A DNA stretch of 64,000 bases, from the NCBI GenBank assembly GCA_965203295.1, contig CBDBCZ010000012.1, positions 668,615-732,614 of the forward strand, in the 5' to 3' direction. This DNA comes from Nitrospirales bacterium (GTDB taxonomy: Bacteria > Nitrospirota > Nitrospiria > Nitrospirales > UBA8639). This document shows, piece after piece, positions 1 to 55,037 of this stretch (the first letter of the stretch is position 1; the number at the start of each line of letters is the position of its first letter). The notes under the pieces are model-generated. The model was not told the origin of the DNA and searched no databases. It saw nothing but the letters and a program-made list of their open reading frames with translations. Made by a program: the position numbers and the translations under genes.

Positions 1-405
1 TTTTTAGTTCGTCACAATGATGTAAACGCTTGGTAGCTTTGGTATTATTATAGGACTTTTTGAGGCACATGGCAGAAGGGGTATGCTCAAGTAGGTACAT
101 TTTGTCTGATGGGTAGTTTGGTTAAAATCAGCATGTCTGAGGGGTCTATGATTTGTCTGAGGAGGCTAGATGATTTGTCCTAAGGTTCTGCATGGACCTC
201 CATCTCAACCACCCTGTTGTCTGATGAAGACTCGGCTGCATGTATAAGGCCAGTTTTCCATAGTGAGCCCAGCATCATGAAAGCTTCCTTCTACAGCTGG
301 GACCACCTTTCAATCTTGCCCAGTATATTATTCTGTTTAAAACAGCTGTAGTCATACTACCTTGGTTGGATGTGGATTCCATCCCTACATGTCCTTTGTT
401 TTTAA

Positions 406-546
406 CCTTTACCAACCATAAGAAACAGCTTAAAGAAGCAGAAAAGCCCGTACAAAGTATTAACGCCTAGTATTAAAACCCCATATAAATTCATATGGGT
501 TTATGGGAGCTCATGACGCATATATGCGTCATTGGTTGGTAAAGAG
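406..546. mobile_element. piggyBac-like MITE (TTAA-flanked)
   Basis: TTAA at 402-405 and 547-550; TIR cttt.accaacca / tggttggtaaag; related copy at ~37786-37925. Confidence 0.65.
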
Positions 547-591
547 TTAACTGGCACTCTACCTGATTTGTAGATTTGGTGGATGAATGTA

Positions 592-756
592 CAGTGGAAC
601 CCCTCTCATAAAGGACACACCTGAAATAAGGACACATCTTTAAAGGACACTTTGCTATGTCCCAAATATATATACACCTGAAATGACGGCACCTCTCTCT
701 CTATACAGGACACTTCACCAGGCGACCAAGGTGTCCACAATAGAGGGGTTCCACTG
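592..756. mobile_element. Tc1/mariner-type MITE (CAGTGG termini, TA TSD)
   Basis: 15-bp TIR CAGTGGAACCCCTCT flanked by TA. Inverted relative at 24420-24602; end fragments at ~20385-20402 and ~41925-41938. Confidence 0.85.
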
Positions 757-929
757 TATACCAGATCACCGTGAAATTTCAGTACAATGTACGTACATGT
801 AAGTAGATCTAGTCACCAGGATAGGTAAATTTTTTATTGAAAATAAGTACAAAATTATCACTATTTCTAAAATCCCATAAAGAAAAGGTATCAGCGGAAC
901 ATTGTAGGGTTAAAAGCCTGCACAACAGC

Positions 930-31523
<30,594 letters not shown>

Positions 31524-31803
31524 ACTACTCAGTCAAAAAAATCAGTGCCAGGTTCCACTGCAGTGGTCTGTGTCTGCCAATTCGCGCATTGGTGCATATA
31601 GATACTATGATTGGTGTCACTGTGAACTGATTAATTCTTTCTCTGGTTCCGGTCAACGCCCGCGGAAGTAGGTGGGGCTTGTGAAAGTGCTGAGTCAGCA
31701 TGACGTATCCTGGACACGTTTCCCCCGCGCGCCCCCCAGGTCATAATTTCGAACCCTGCGGTCTCTCGTCGTTTTGTGCAGTAGTTTATACGCTGTTATA
31801 GTT
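31524..31803. promoter_or_regulatory. Compact bidirectional promoter/5' UTR region between DGK and RBM22
   Basis: Divergent ATGs at 31523 and 31804. The region is CpG-rich and contains ETS-like CGGAAGT (~31663), a perfect palindromic TGCTGAGTCAGCA (31688-31700) and an adjacent TGACGT (31701-31706). Confidence 0.7.
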
Positions 31804-44348
<12,545 letters not shown>

Positions 44349-44366
44349 CGTAGTCACCACTACATG

Positions 44367-44498
44367 TGTAACACTCAAGCCTTCTTATTCCTTTAACACG
44401 TGACCTACGTCACCATCATACACTACATCATAATACGAATCACAATAATGTCTAGAATTAATATAGTTCAGTCTCAGTCTCAATGCCAGGTCGCTACA
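44367..44498 (-). repeat. 3' LTR (132 bp)
   Basis: Base-for-base identical to 50316-50447 by manual comparison. Confidence 0.95.
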
Positions 44499-47400
44499 TC
44501 ACTTCCCCCTTTTCGAAGGGAGCTCGACCCGAGCGTATGCTGCATAGTCGATCAGGGGCCTGCACTTGCCGTCGCAGCGAGTACCGCCCACTAGTCCGAG
44601 GCGGAGGCATCTCATCACACGCCGTACAGGTGTCTGCCTCTAGTCCGGCACTCTCGGTCGGTTCATCAGAACTTCCAGCTTGAGCATCTGCTTCTTCTGT
44701 GCTGTCATCAGCTTCAGCAAAGCACTCGCCGGTCAATTGTCCTCGTTGCATGAGGGCCTCAGTCCACTTAGGGGGACGTCCGGGACCACGGCGCTTGGAG
44801 CCGTACCAGAAATATCCGGCTGGAAACTCAGACGGGCAGGGGCAGACCCTTGACTGGTGCACCTGGATGGCGCCCTCTTGAGGAAAATACACTTTGCTGA
44901 CCGAGACATCAGGGTCGTCACGAGACATGATACGATATGGCCCGTGCCATGGTCGGGATAACTTCCGCTGCTTCCCCGTCTCGTCTTGAGGGAACCGTAC
45001 TAGGACCCAATCGCCGATATGATAGTCCTTCTCTGTGGCTTTGCGATCATAGAATGACTTGTATCGTTGTTGCGCTTTCGAGATCGACTCTGCTGCTAGT
45101 TCTCGTGCAGAGGAGAGGGAGAGAATAACTTCTTCTCGGTAGTCTTCCACTTGGCAGGGTTGCAGTGGCGTAGAAGGGAGCAAGGCTGCTTCAGTTGGGG
45201 TTCTCAGGTCCACTCCAAACATGAGAAAAGAGGGTTTTTCTCCCGTACTTTCATGAGGTGTATTGCGGTATGCCCAGAGTACCCCGGAGAGGTAACGGTC
45301 CCACTGAGTGCTGAATCGTGCGGCATGCTTGCGCAGCATGGACTTCAAAGTTCTATTAAATCTCTCCACCATGCCATCACATTCCGGATGGTAGGCAGTG
45401 GTGTTCAGCTTCTTTATCCCAAGGAGTGCACACAAATCCTTGATAAGGTGCGACAGTAGGTTAGTACCTCGGTCCGACAATAGGGCCTCGGGAACGCCGA
45501 AAAACGGTATCACCTCGTTCACCAAAATATGGGCAATTCGATGTGCTTTCTGGTCAGGTAGCGGGTAGACCATAGGCCACTTGGTCAAGTAGTCTTGAAA
45601 AACTACGACATGCTTGTTCCCCTCACTTGTTTTCGGTAGATCCATGATATCAACACCCACAATCTGGAAGGGTCGACGAACAGGTATAGGGTGTAAAGGT
45701 GGACGTCGGTGGCTTCCACTTCCAGCAACAACAGCACACTCGGGGCAGTTCCGGACATATCTCAGAGCTTCTGAGTACATTCCATTCCACCACCACTGAC
45801 GTGCCAACATACGGTAGGTACGCCTCCCTGAGAAGTGTCCTCCCATATTGGAGCGGTGATTCTCCTCGAGGATCTGCTCCCTCAGCTGATGGGGTACGGC
45901 AGCTAGCTCTCTGACGGTTATCCTGCTTCTGGTCTATGAAGTACAGCACACCATCTACAACAGCAAACAACGACTGCTGGGCTGCAATTTTGCGTGCTCG
46001 TGTAGCATCGGCTGGCAACTCCTCGGTTTCCAAGAAGTGGATGATCTCCATCAACTCGGGGTCTAGCTTCTGCTCTTCACGGAAAGATCTGGCTGGGGAC
46101 AGCTTGGGGTCAGCTTCGAGCAGGGTGGGAATACTCACATCTGTGGATTCACTGGTAACTGTGGCCACCTGCAGCTCAAATTCCCCGATGCCTTCCTCTG
46201 GGGCTGGTGCATGAGGACTTCGGGAGAGGGCATCCGCATTAGTATTACTCTTCCCCGACCGGTACACTATCTTCACCTCACCTACACCAGACCCGTAGAC
46301 CTTGGTCCACCAACGGGCGTGTTTTGCTGACGGGTTAGCTGAGTTGAGTATAGCCTTCACCGCGGTATGGTCGGTATAAACTGTCACGGTGTGTCCATAC
46401 AAATACGGGTGGAAATGTGTAATGGACCAGACGACTGCAAGGGTCTCTAATTCGGTAACACTGTAGTTACGCTCTGATGCACAAAGTGAACGGCTGGCGT
46501 AAGCCACAGGATGTAACTGGCCATCTTCTTGCAGCTGTGAGAGTACAGCACCCAGACCTCGTACACTGGCATCCGTCTCTAGTACAAAAGGGCGATTGAA
46601 GGAGGGATACGACAGCACCGGAGCGGTAGTCAGTCTCTCCTTGAGGGTATCAAATGACTCTTGGCACTCTGTTGTCCACCGGAACTGAGTCCCCTTGCGA
46701 GTCAACATGGTGAGAGGTAGAGCAATGCTAGAGAACTGGTAGATAAAGCGCCTATAATAGGAGCTTAGGCCAAGGAACTGCCTCACTTCTTTGACGTTCT
46801 TTGGCTGTGGAAAGTCTTCAACCGACTTCACAAGCTTCGGGTTCGTTCTCAATCCATCAGGTGTGAGGATGTGGCCCAGGTATTCCACTTCTTTCTTCAG
46901 AAAGTGGCATTTTGTAGGCTTCAGTTTCAGGCCTGCACTCAGAATCCTCTGGAGAACCAGTCGCAGGTGTTCAAGGTGCTGCTCCAATGTCTGTGAAAAG
47001 ACAAGATGTCATCTATATACACAGACACAAAATCAGGCCCATCCTCCGGATTGAGGCCACTGAGGACTCTTGCCATCAATCTTTGGAACACGGCTGGCGC
47101 GTTAGTGAGGCCGAAGGGCATGACACGAAATTCAAAGAGCCCTTGTGGAGTGACAAAGGCTGTCTTCTCTATCGAACCAGGGTCGACGCGAATCTGCCAA
47201 TAGCCACTGGCCAGATCCAAGGTTGAGAAGAATCTGGAATCTCCGAGCTGATCGAGGAGGTCGTCCACTCTCGGTAAGGGAAATGTGTCTGCTTTGGTGA
47301 CGGCATTTAGTGCCCTGTAGTCCACACAAAAGCGGTATGTGCCATCCTTCTTGCGGACTATGACTACAGGGCTTGCCCACGGGCTGCTCGAGGGTTGGAT

Positions 47401-50049
47401 GACACCTGCCTTCTGCATGTTGCGCAGTTGCGTAGCCACTTCCTGGCGCACCGCAAAGGGCATTCTCCTGGCTGGCACCTTCCTCGGAGTGGCATCACCC
47501 GTGTGGATCTCCATCTCTACGCAGTCCGCTTCCCCTCTCTCGTGCTCTTCTAGACTGAAGGCATTGTGGTGCTCTCGTAGCAAGTGGTGCAGGTCCTCAC
47601 TCTGCTTTGCACTAAGCAGCTCTGGAGTCCCAACAATGCCTCGAAGCTTCTCCTGTCGCCATGGGGTAGAGTCCACTTTTCGAACCGAGGGCGAAGGCTG
47701 AGAGTGCTCTGTCTTCAGCAGGGAACTCACAAGATCGGTCTCGGGTCTTGTCACCACTTCAGCCGGCACAGCTTCACCAATGCACGTCCCATGGTCAAGA
47801 CTACATGAACACCCAGATGGGTTACAGACCACCAGTAGTGCCAGGCCGTCTTCCCTGGGCTCAATGAGGGCATCCGCTATGACAATCCCAGTCGACTCCT
47901 CCACTTCAGGGCTGTGCTCCACCAGCAAGGGACTCTCACTCTCCCTACCCTGCACAGGATTAACTCTCACTGTGGCTGTAACGCTCTGGTGAGGGAGAAG
48001 ACGTACAGACTGCACCAAATTTACACGAACTGCTGGCACCTTCGCAGGAACCACATCGTTGGCACTGTCGCTCTGCCCAGTCGGCTTCCAGTCTCCCTTC
48101 AGGGGCTGGACTTCCCCGTGGTAGGAAATGATCCCGAGTTGCCTACAGACACCTTCCGAAAGCAGAAGTTGGTCGTAGGCGTCCATCTTTACATATACGG
48201 CGGTGGTCATAGTCTTCCCGTCAAAGGCGATGTCCAGATTCATTCTCCCGTCCAGTGAGAATGGTTTCTGGTCATACGTTCGCGGTGATTTGTCTGGCTT
48301 GTAGAAGTCGCGCTTCTTCAGTCGGGCTGCGGCTGCAACTTTGCGAAAGAGCTTGCCACCAACTATTGTAATGTCAGCGCCGCTGTCGATTATACCCACC
48401 GCTGGGACTCCTTGCAGTAGGACCTTGGCCCCTTGAGGAACGCTCCCCTTGTCGGTGAGCCTGACAAGACGTACAGTCTCCTCCTCAGAATCAGAAAGAA
48501 GCAGGTCGAGGGGGTCGACCTTCTTTGGTGCCCTACTTGGAGGGTCTTCCCTGGCAGTGTGCACCTGCTTTGTGGCGGGCTTGCTGTCTCGTCTTGGGAT
48601 GGGGGTTCGTCCCTGACTCTCCGATTTCTTCGACCAGCACTTGGCTGCAACATGTCCAATCTTGCCGCAGTTGTCACACTTTGTATTCCCTTTTGGGATG
48701 GGGGGCTTCTCGGTACTGGACTTGGGGTCTGAAGGTCGCTTACCTCCACTCAGTGGTTGAGACCACTGGGAGCTGGCCTTTCGATATTGCTGCCTTTTAC
48801 GGAGCTCGGCAAGCCTGCGCTCCTCGCTTTTCGCAGCTACACACAGGGTTTCATACGATTGTGCTCCCGATACGGCAGGAGCCTTCATTATGTCGTACCT
48901 GAGGCCTTCATGGAGTTGCCCATACAGGAGAGCAGCACGGGTCTCCGGGCTCAGCCTGTCCCTCCCGTAGGCGATCCGGAAGGTCCTCTCCATTCGTCTA
49001 ATGAAGCTGTTGACACTTTCATCCTCTCGCTGCGAGGTGTGCCTGAAATCTTGCGCAGCTAGTGCCTTACTACCTGGATCAAGACGAGCTCGTAGGGCGT
49101 CAACTCCCTTCGAAAAGGTGTCTTTGTCCGCATCGTCCAGGAGTTCCCACTCCTGCAGCGCACGACCTCTGAGGTGGCCGGCTAGTTGGAGAAGCAAGTC
49201 CTCCTCAGACCACCCATTCCATGCAGAGGCTCTCCGGAGGGCTGGTAGCCAGTCGTCAAAGCGGGTATCCTCCTCCTCCCCTGTGAAGGGGTCTACAGGG
49301 GGCGCTTTGCCACGTCTTGCGTTTGTGGCGGATCTGGAGGAAGCTGTCTGGCGAAACTCGGGCAAATGTGTGGGGGCGGGGCTGTGGGTACCATCTGGAT
49401 CGCTGGGGTCGGGGGATCCATCACGCGATGCATGAGAAGCGGGGGCTAGCTGACGCCTCAGCTTGGCGAGTTCGTCGTCCTTGGCTGTAATCGCCGCATC
49501 AAATTCGGACAACTGTGCGCAGTTCACACGCCACATCTCTTTAACTCTCGCCCGCACACTCTCTAGTTCCTCCCTCATTGCCCTCACCTCTTGCTGCAAA
49601 GCATGCTTCTCGCACTCTGCCTCATGCAGCGCTTGGCGTAGGGGCTCAGTGTCATCCGCACCTGGTTCACCCAGGCCTTCCCCCTGCTCACTACCCCCAT
49701 TGGGAGACTCAGCCCTTACTGGAGGCTCCGCCTCCAAAAAAATTCCGTCGACATCTTGCAAACTCACGTGGACTCCACGGGCAGCCTCCTGCAACAGGAC
49801 TTGAGTGTTTCTTGGCTCCCGGCCCATTTCCAGCAACTTCCCTTCAATCATTTGCCGGACGTCATCCAGCGGCGCGGTGCTCGGCAAATCCAACGCTCCC
49901 GCCAGCTGCTTCAGCACAGGCGCTGTCAGTCGTCTCGAATTGAGGGGGAGCGGTTTCCCACCGACCAGCTGGAGGGGACCACGTGACTGCAGCTCGCCCT
50001 CGTGTTCGCTTGCTTCTACTTGGTCCCCATCCTCCGCTTGGCTGTCCAT
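44494..50049 (-). pseudogene. Gypsy gag-pol polyprotein, split into three ORFs by two frameshifts
   Basis: Gag CCHC (CDNCGKIGHVAAKC), protease IDSGA, RT (FCVDYRALN, MPFGL, YIDD), RNase H (ETDAS, ELETLAVV), integrase (HHCC, DDE core, GPY). An apparent 1-nt deletion just after YIDDIL (~47002) and a 4-nt AGCT duplication (~45901-45908) break the frame. Confidence 0.93.
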
Positions 50050-50315
50050 TGTGGTTCGTACTCCAGGCTACTTAGTTCTTCCCCACAAGGTATTTACTCG
50101 CAGGTCCTCTAGCCGCGACTACTGTCCAACAAAGTTACCGCAACCGCGACTGGACCGTCTCCCTTGTGGCCGTTAGGACTCGCCCGGAGAACGCCTCTCT
50201 CTGCCACCGCGCCGACGAAGCCTTCGTACTCTGTATCTCGGCTACGACTTACGGTTTTCCACCGCAGAACGCCGATTGGAACGGATTTGTAATGTGTCTC
50301 GGCAGTGACCTCCAC

Positions 50316-50447
50316 TGTAACACTCAAGCCTTCTTATTCCTTTAACACGTGACCTACGTCACCATCATACACTACATCATAATACGAATCACAATAATGT
50401 CTAGAATTAATATAGTTCAGTCTCAGTCTCAATGCCAGGTCGCTACA
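50316..50447 (-). repeat. 5' LTR (132 bp)
   Basis: Identical to 44367-44498; followed on the minus strand by a TGG-initiated PBS. Confidence 0.95.
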
Positions 50448-51083
50448 CATGTATACTATGCACATCATGCTACAAGCACTGTTGTACATGTATGTATGTA
50501 TGCAATTTTTCTGATGTAAACCACAATATCTGGTACCCAGCTCTAAGCAAGAGCATCCTGAGGACTAGGCAGCTTTTGAAAAGTAATATAGTCTGCAGAT
50601 ATTTTATGACGTCCAATGAGGACAGATACCAGTAATGTGAAAACCAAAATGTAAGAGCAATCTGAGCATGACGTACGTGTAGCTATATACATGTACATGT
50701 ACATGTACCACACAAGGATAGATCAGAGGGTGCATGTGGTACACATACGTAACTGTCTTATGCATGGAGCCATGAAGGAGTGACAGTGATACAAGTAAGG
50801 GGAATTGCAGCTAAAGTGGTTTTAATTAGGGGCAGGCAGCTGTGACTTCCAACAGTCCTGGAGTATGGTTTCTAAGAGTTACTTTGATTGGTTAGAAGGG
50901 ATTATGTAATTTGGATGGTCAGAAGAGATGACGTAATTCAAACGGCTGATGGGTGGGGCTGAGAAACAACGCCCAAAAACACGTAACTTATGGGTGTGGG
51001 TCTGGCCCACGAGACTAGAAATACAGTCATTGCTAAGAAGCTCGAAACAGTACATGTAAGTAATTGGGAACCACCGCTTGTAG

Positions 51084-51126
51084 TAGTCTCGCGGGCCAGA
51101 CAAAAATCGTCTGGCCCGCGAGACTA
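51084..51126. mobile_element. 43-bp TAG...CTA MITE with 9-bp TSD
   Basis: 18-bp perfect TIR TAGTCTCGCGGGCCAGAC; TSD CGCTTGTAG. Confidence 0.85.
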
Positions 51127-51339
51127 CGCTTGTAGTCAGTGAGAGACCCCACAAGCACGTAGTAGGAGCTAAGCAGTAAGTAGCTGTGCAATAAATACTA
51201 GCTGTAAGCACACAAGAAATGTTAAGCAGTAGCTATGCAAGAAATACTACATGTAGCAGTAGTTCACAAGAAATGCTAGCAGTAAGTACGTATACGCAAG
51301 AAATAGCTAGCTGAGGGTGGAGGGTGGGGCTGCTGGTGA

Positions 51340-51431
51340 TTTTAGTTTGGGGTTGGAGTTAGGGTAAGGTTAGGATGGGTTGGGGTAAGGTTAGGGCCTG
51401 GGGTTAGGGTATAAGGGTTAGGTTGGGGTTA
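51340..51431 (+). repeat. Degenerate TTAGGG-like tract, left part (continues at 60951-61038 after the CACTG insertion)
   Basis: ggttagg/ggtaagg/ggttggg variants on both sides of the element; a short (CTAACC)n tract also occurs at ~12753-12780. Confidence 0.75.
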
Positions 51432-51473
51432 CACTGTAAAAAAGGAGTTGTCATGTTAACAAGGGGCTTGCTG

Positions 51474-51569
51474 TAGCCTCGTACCCAGGCCTTCCCTCAC
51501 AGCTTTTTTCGCAGCCGTGGCAAAAAGCGTGCGAAAAAAGCTGTGAGGGAAGGCCTGGGCACGAGGCTA
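51474..51569. mobile_element. 96-bp hairpin MITE with TAG...CTA termini and 9-bp TSD (AcademH-like)
   Basis: TSD GGCTTGCTG; the empty site is visible in the opposite TIR of the host element (~60905-60920). Confidence 0.85.
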
Positions 51570-52133
51570 GGCTTGCTGTCCGAGTTGCAGAGGGAGTTCA
51601 AGAATGATACTGCTGGAGATACGCATACGCATGAGCATGCAGTAGGTGTGGTTTGGTAGCACGTGTTTAATGCTGTGAAAATTTGACAGAAAGAAAGGAG
51701 AAATAGCTAAACATGCATGAGAATTCGATGAGTTCGACGATCTAAGTAAGGTGGCGCATCCTTCTCCAAAGGCGAAAATTCTCGCGGTGGTGACTTCTGT
51801 TTCTCCAGCAAAAAAGAGCAACACTGAGTTGTTAGCTAATAAGTGTACGCACCTCTGGGCTAGTGGTTCCGCACTCTTTGGTCTTTTAGCTTCGGTTTTG
51901 TCCGTCTCTCGTTGCTAAAGATGCCTAGCTCTTTTTCTACACGTCTCGTCCATGACTCCACTTCAGCCAACACGCGTGAAAGTAGCACGTGAGAACTGAG
52001 TCACAAAGGGGCCGGCCACGCCATGCGCGCGCAGTACGCAGTATAATTGCATTCCTAAGCGTGACACATACATAATCGGGGCGAGCGTGAGCGAGCCCCC
52101 TTCTAGCGATGTCAACGGCGATTTTCTCTATAA

Positions 52134-52689
52134 TTGCCGAGCGCCTTAGCGCGAGGCAACTAATCCTGCATCGCATCTCAGCAAGCGTTTGTATATATGT
52201 ATATATATATATATGTCTGTGTCACGCTTAGGAATGCAATTAGACTGCGTACTGCGCATGGCGTGGCGCCATGGCCGGCCCCTTTGTGGCTCAGTTCTCA
52301 CGTGCTACTTCCACGCGTGTTGGCTGAAGTGGAGTCGTGGACGAGATGCGTAGGGAAAGAGCTAGGCATCTTTAGCAACGAGAGACGGACCAAACCGAAG
52401 CTAAAAGACCAAAGAGTGCGGAACCACTAGCCCAGAGGTGCGTACACTTATTAGCTAACAACTGTTGCTCTTTTTTGCTGGAGAAACAGAAGTCACCACT
52501 GCGTGAATTTTCGCCTCTGGAGAATGATGGGCCACCTTTCTTAGATCGTCGAACTCATCGCATTCTCATGCACGCTTAGCTATTTCTCCTTTCTTTCTGT
52601 CAAATTTTCACAGCATTAAACACGTGCTACCAAACCACACCTACTGAATGCTCGCGCGCGAGGCTTACACTGCGTATGCGTATCTCTAG
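52134..52689 (+). mobile_element. Non-autonomous Helitron-like element E, plus-strand copy
   Basis: 5' hairpin ttgccgagcgccttagcgcgaggcaa, then (TA)n and a CTAG|T end. A minus-strand copy is split into 51609-52072 and 59686-59773. Confidence 0.65.
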
Positions 52690-52734
52690 TATTATGTATG
52701 TATATATATGTATATTATATATATATATATATTA

Positions 52735-53632
52735 TCGACCGTACGTCGTGCCGAATATCTATTTGAAACGTTATATTGAAACGCGAAAGGAGACGGTCAC
52801 AACCTATACACATAATTAGAACATAATAGAAAAGTTAAAGAGTCAGACTTGGCCGTCCACTGCGGCCGGTCGGACTGGCAGGCGGCGAATCCACAGTGTG
52901 GCATTACCCTTCCATAGGGAGATTGCCAACCTCTGGAAAAGATGGCGAGTGGTCTCGGATGGAGGGATCCCCAGACGCTGCCCTTGGAGACGGCCAATGC
53001 TGGAAATGGTGTGGCTGGCTTCTTGACTCCACCCCCCTAGGCTTTCCACCACAAGCGGGACGAAGGAGACCCCGACGGAACGGCAGTCTTCGGCGTGGGC
53101 CGCCATCTTTCTCTCCTCCCCCACGGTCAGAGCGTGACCCGGGGTGGTGGCAGCTCCTGTCACAGTTAGATTCTGCATGGTCGAGATCACAGACACATCC
53201 AGGGCAGCGGGCTTGCCCCTCTTCCAGTTCGGAAGGTAAACATCTGCAGGGCGGCTGCTGGAACCAGGGATCAGGGACGGAGCCTCCTTCCGCGGCGCAA
53301 GGGCGGCCGTTTGGGCCGCTGAGAATAGGGCGTCACGGATGGAGTCGTGCCTGTGGATTCTGTCTCCGTTCCCGCCACAGCCAACTTGATGGTCCCCGAA
53401 GGCATCTGATGCCCCGAGACAGATGGGACAGAGTGCCCCCTCTTCCCCCATCCTCAGGCCCAGCCAGTACTGGAGGCATAGGCGGAACTCTTTGTCCTGG
53501 AGGTGGAGTCCTAGCGAGGTGGACGGGACGACATTCAGCCAGGCACCCGCGTGAGGGAGGGCAGTGGAGTGGGCTAGAGCCTTGGAGCGAATGTCAGGAG
53601 CTGAGGTGAGGAGATGACGAAAACAGGCCTCA
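52735..53632 (-). mobile_element. 5'-truncated CRE-like non-LTR retrotransposon (Zn knuckle plus restriction-like endonuclease C-terminus)
   Basis: Open frame AGAWLNVVP..LGLHL..EFRLCL..LG, CPIC..DH..C, RHD, RPAD, LDV, E.RK, PLVVESLGGW ending at 52843. A short 3' UTR runs into (TA)n. Confidence 0.85.
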
Positions 53633-53876
53633 TCTGCTGTAACCTGGCCGCTCTCTCTTCAGTGGTAGCCAATCTCTCTTGCTGAAGTTCACTCATCTGC
53701 TGTAACCTGGCTACTCTCTCTTCGGTGGTCTCAGCAGCCAATCTCTCTTGCTGAAGTTTACTCATCTGCTGTAACCTGGCCGCTTACTATCCAATTTAGC
53801 GCGCGTAACGCCGCATATGACCGTATAGTTCCGTATACTTCCGTATACATCTATCAACCACGCGCTCAGAGAGATT

Positions 53877-54253
53877 GGGCTATTCCATTTATTAAGCATA
53901 CACCCCCTGTGGATGAGCTATAATTACGTACAGGGGGGGGCTGCAGGACCACTTTATTAATGATGTACAGGGGGGGCTCAAGACCACCACTAATTGTGTC
54001 AGGGGGGATCTAAGTCACAAGTGATTAACTGTCTGGAGGGTGTTGACAGACTACTAATTGTGTCAGGGGGGAGCTAAGTCACAAGTGATTAACTGTCTGG
54101 GGGGGTGGAAAGACTACTAATTGTGTCAGGGGGGAGCGAAATCACAAGTGATTAACTGTTCAGGGGGGGCTGCCTGCCAAATTATGTCTAGGGGGGTACT
54201 TTTGCCAAACTGTTCATCCACAGGGGGTGTACGATTATTAAATGGAATAGCCC
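53877..54253. mobile_element. PIF/Harbinger-like MITE with internal ~62-bp repeats
   Basis: TIR GGGCTATTCCATTTA / TAAATGGAATAGCCC. The 3-bp TSD ATT is demonstrable because neighbouring repeat units show the empty site gagagattggct. Confidence 0.75.
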
Positions 54254-54256
54254 ATT

Positions 54257-55037
54257 GGCTGCTGAGGCCACCGAAGAGAGAGCGGCCAGGTTACAGCAGA
54301 TGAGTGAACTTCAGCAAGAGAGATTGGCTGCTGAGACCACCGAAGAGAGAGCGGCCAGGTTACAGCAGATGAGTAAACTTTAGCAAGAGAGATTGGCTGC
54401 TGAGACCACCGAAGAGAGAGTAGCCAGGTTACAGCAGATGAGTGAACTTCAGCAAGAGAGATTGGCTACCACTGAAGAGAGAGCGGCCAGGTTACAGCAG
54501 ATGAGTGAACTTCAGCAAGAGAGATTGGCTGCTGAGACCACCGAAGAGAGAGCGGCCAGGTTACAGCAGATGAATGAACTTCAGCAAGAGAGATTGGCTG
54601 CTGAGACCACCGAAGAGAGAGTAGCCAGGTTGCAACGAATGAGTGAACTTCAGCAAGAGAGATTGGCTGCTGAGACCACCGAAGAGAGAGTAGCCAGGTT
54701 GCAACGAATGAGTGAACGCCAGCGAGAGAGATTGGCTGCTGAGACAACAGATGAGAGAGCAGCTCGGCTACAGCATGACCAAGAGAGTCACAGAGGTGCA
54801 CAATCAGATCTTCCACTGTTTGAGCAGCCAGCTGTTCGAGCTAGGATGTGCAAATTCCATGCTCATCTCGCTGCACTGGAATCACCAAGATGCACTACTT
54901 GTTCAGAAGCATTCCCTGGTCTTCAGCTTCGCTCACAGTCTACTGAGTGCCTGCGCTGTAGCCGAGACAAGCACACACCAAAGTTGTATTCTATTGCTAA
55001 CAACATGGACCCTGGCCTTGTGCCACCTCAGCTACAG
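54257..55037 (+). pseudogene. Helitron RepHel N-terminal fragment: tandem (AAETTEERxARLQQMSELQQERL)n repeats plus a Cys-rich DUF6570-like segment
   Basis: About 63-69-bp coding repeats, then CTTCSEAFP...CLRCSRDK...NNMDPGLVPPQLQ followed by a GT donor. In-frame stop at ~54381. An inverted copy of the repeats lies at 53627-53783. Confidence 0.7.

Larger units (their letters stand above)
44367..50447 (-). mobile_element. Full-length Ty3/Gypsy LTR retrotransposon
   Basis: Identical 132-bp LTRs (TG...CA) at 44367-44498 and 50316-50447. 4-bp TSD CATG at 44363-44366 and 50448-50451. PBS-like TGGAGGTCACTGCCGAGA at 50297-50314 and PPT GAAAAGGGGGAAG at 44502-44514. Domain order gag-PR-RT-RH-IN. Confidence 0.97.

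Noticed and set aside
46939..47010. Programmed ribosomal frameshift in pol
   Set aside because: The break is immediately after the catalytic YIDD inside RT and is repaired by a single added base (LVFSQTLE). That is not a gag/pol boundary, so mutation or sequencing error is more likely.
47339..50176. Multiple plus-strand ORFs over the retrotransposon
   Set aside because: Antisense shadows of the GC-rich gag-pol frame with no recognisable domains.
51340..51431. True telomere or chromosome-fusion site
   Set aside because: Short, highly degenerate and in a single orientation on both sides of the insertion; more likely part of a simple or TE-associated repeat.
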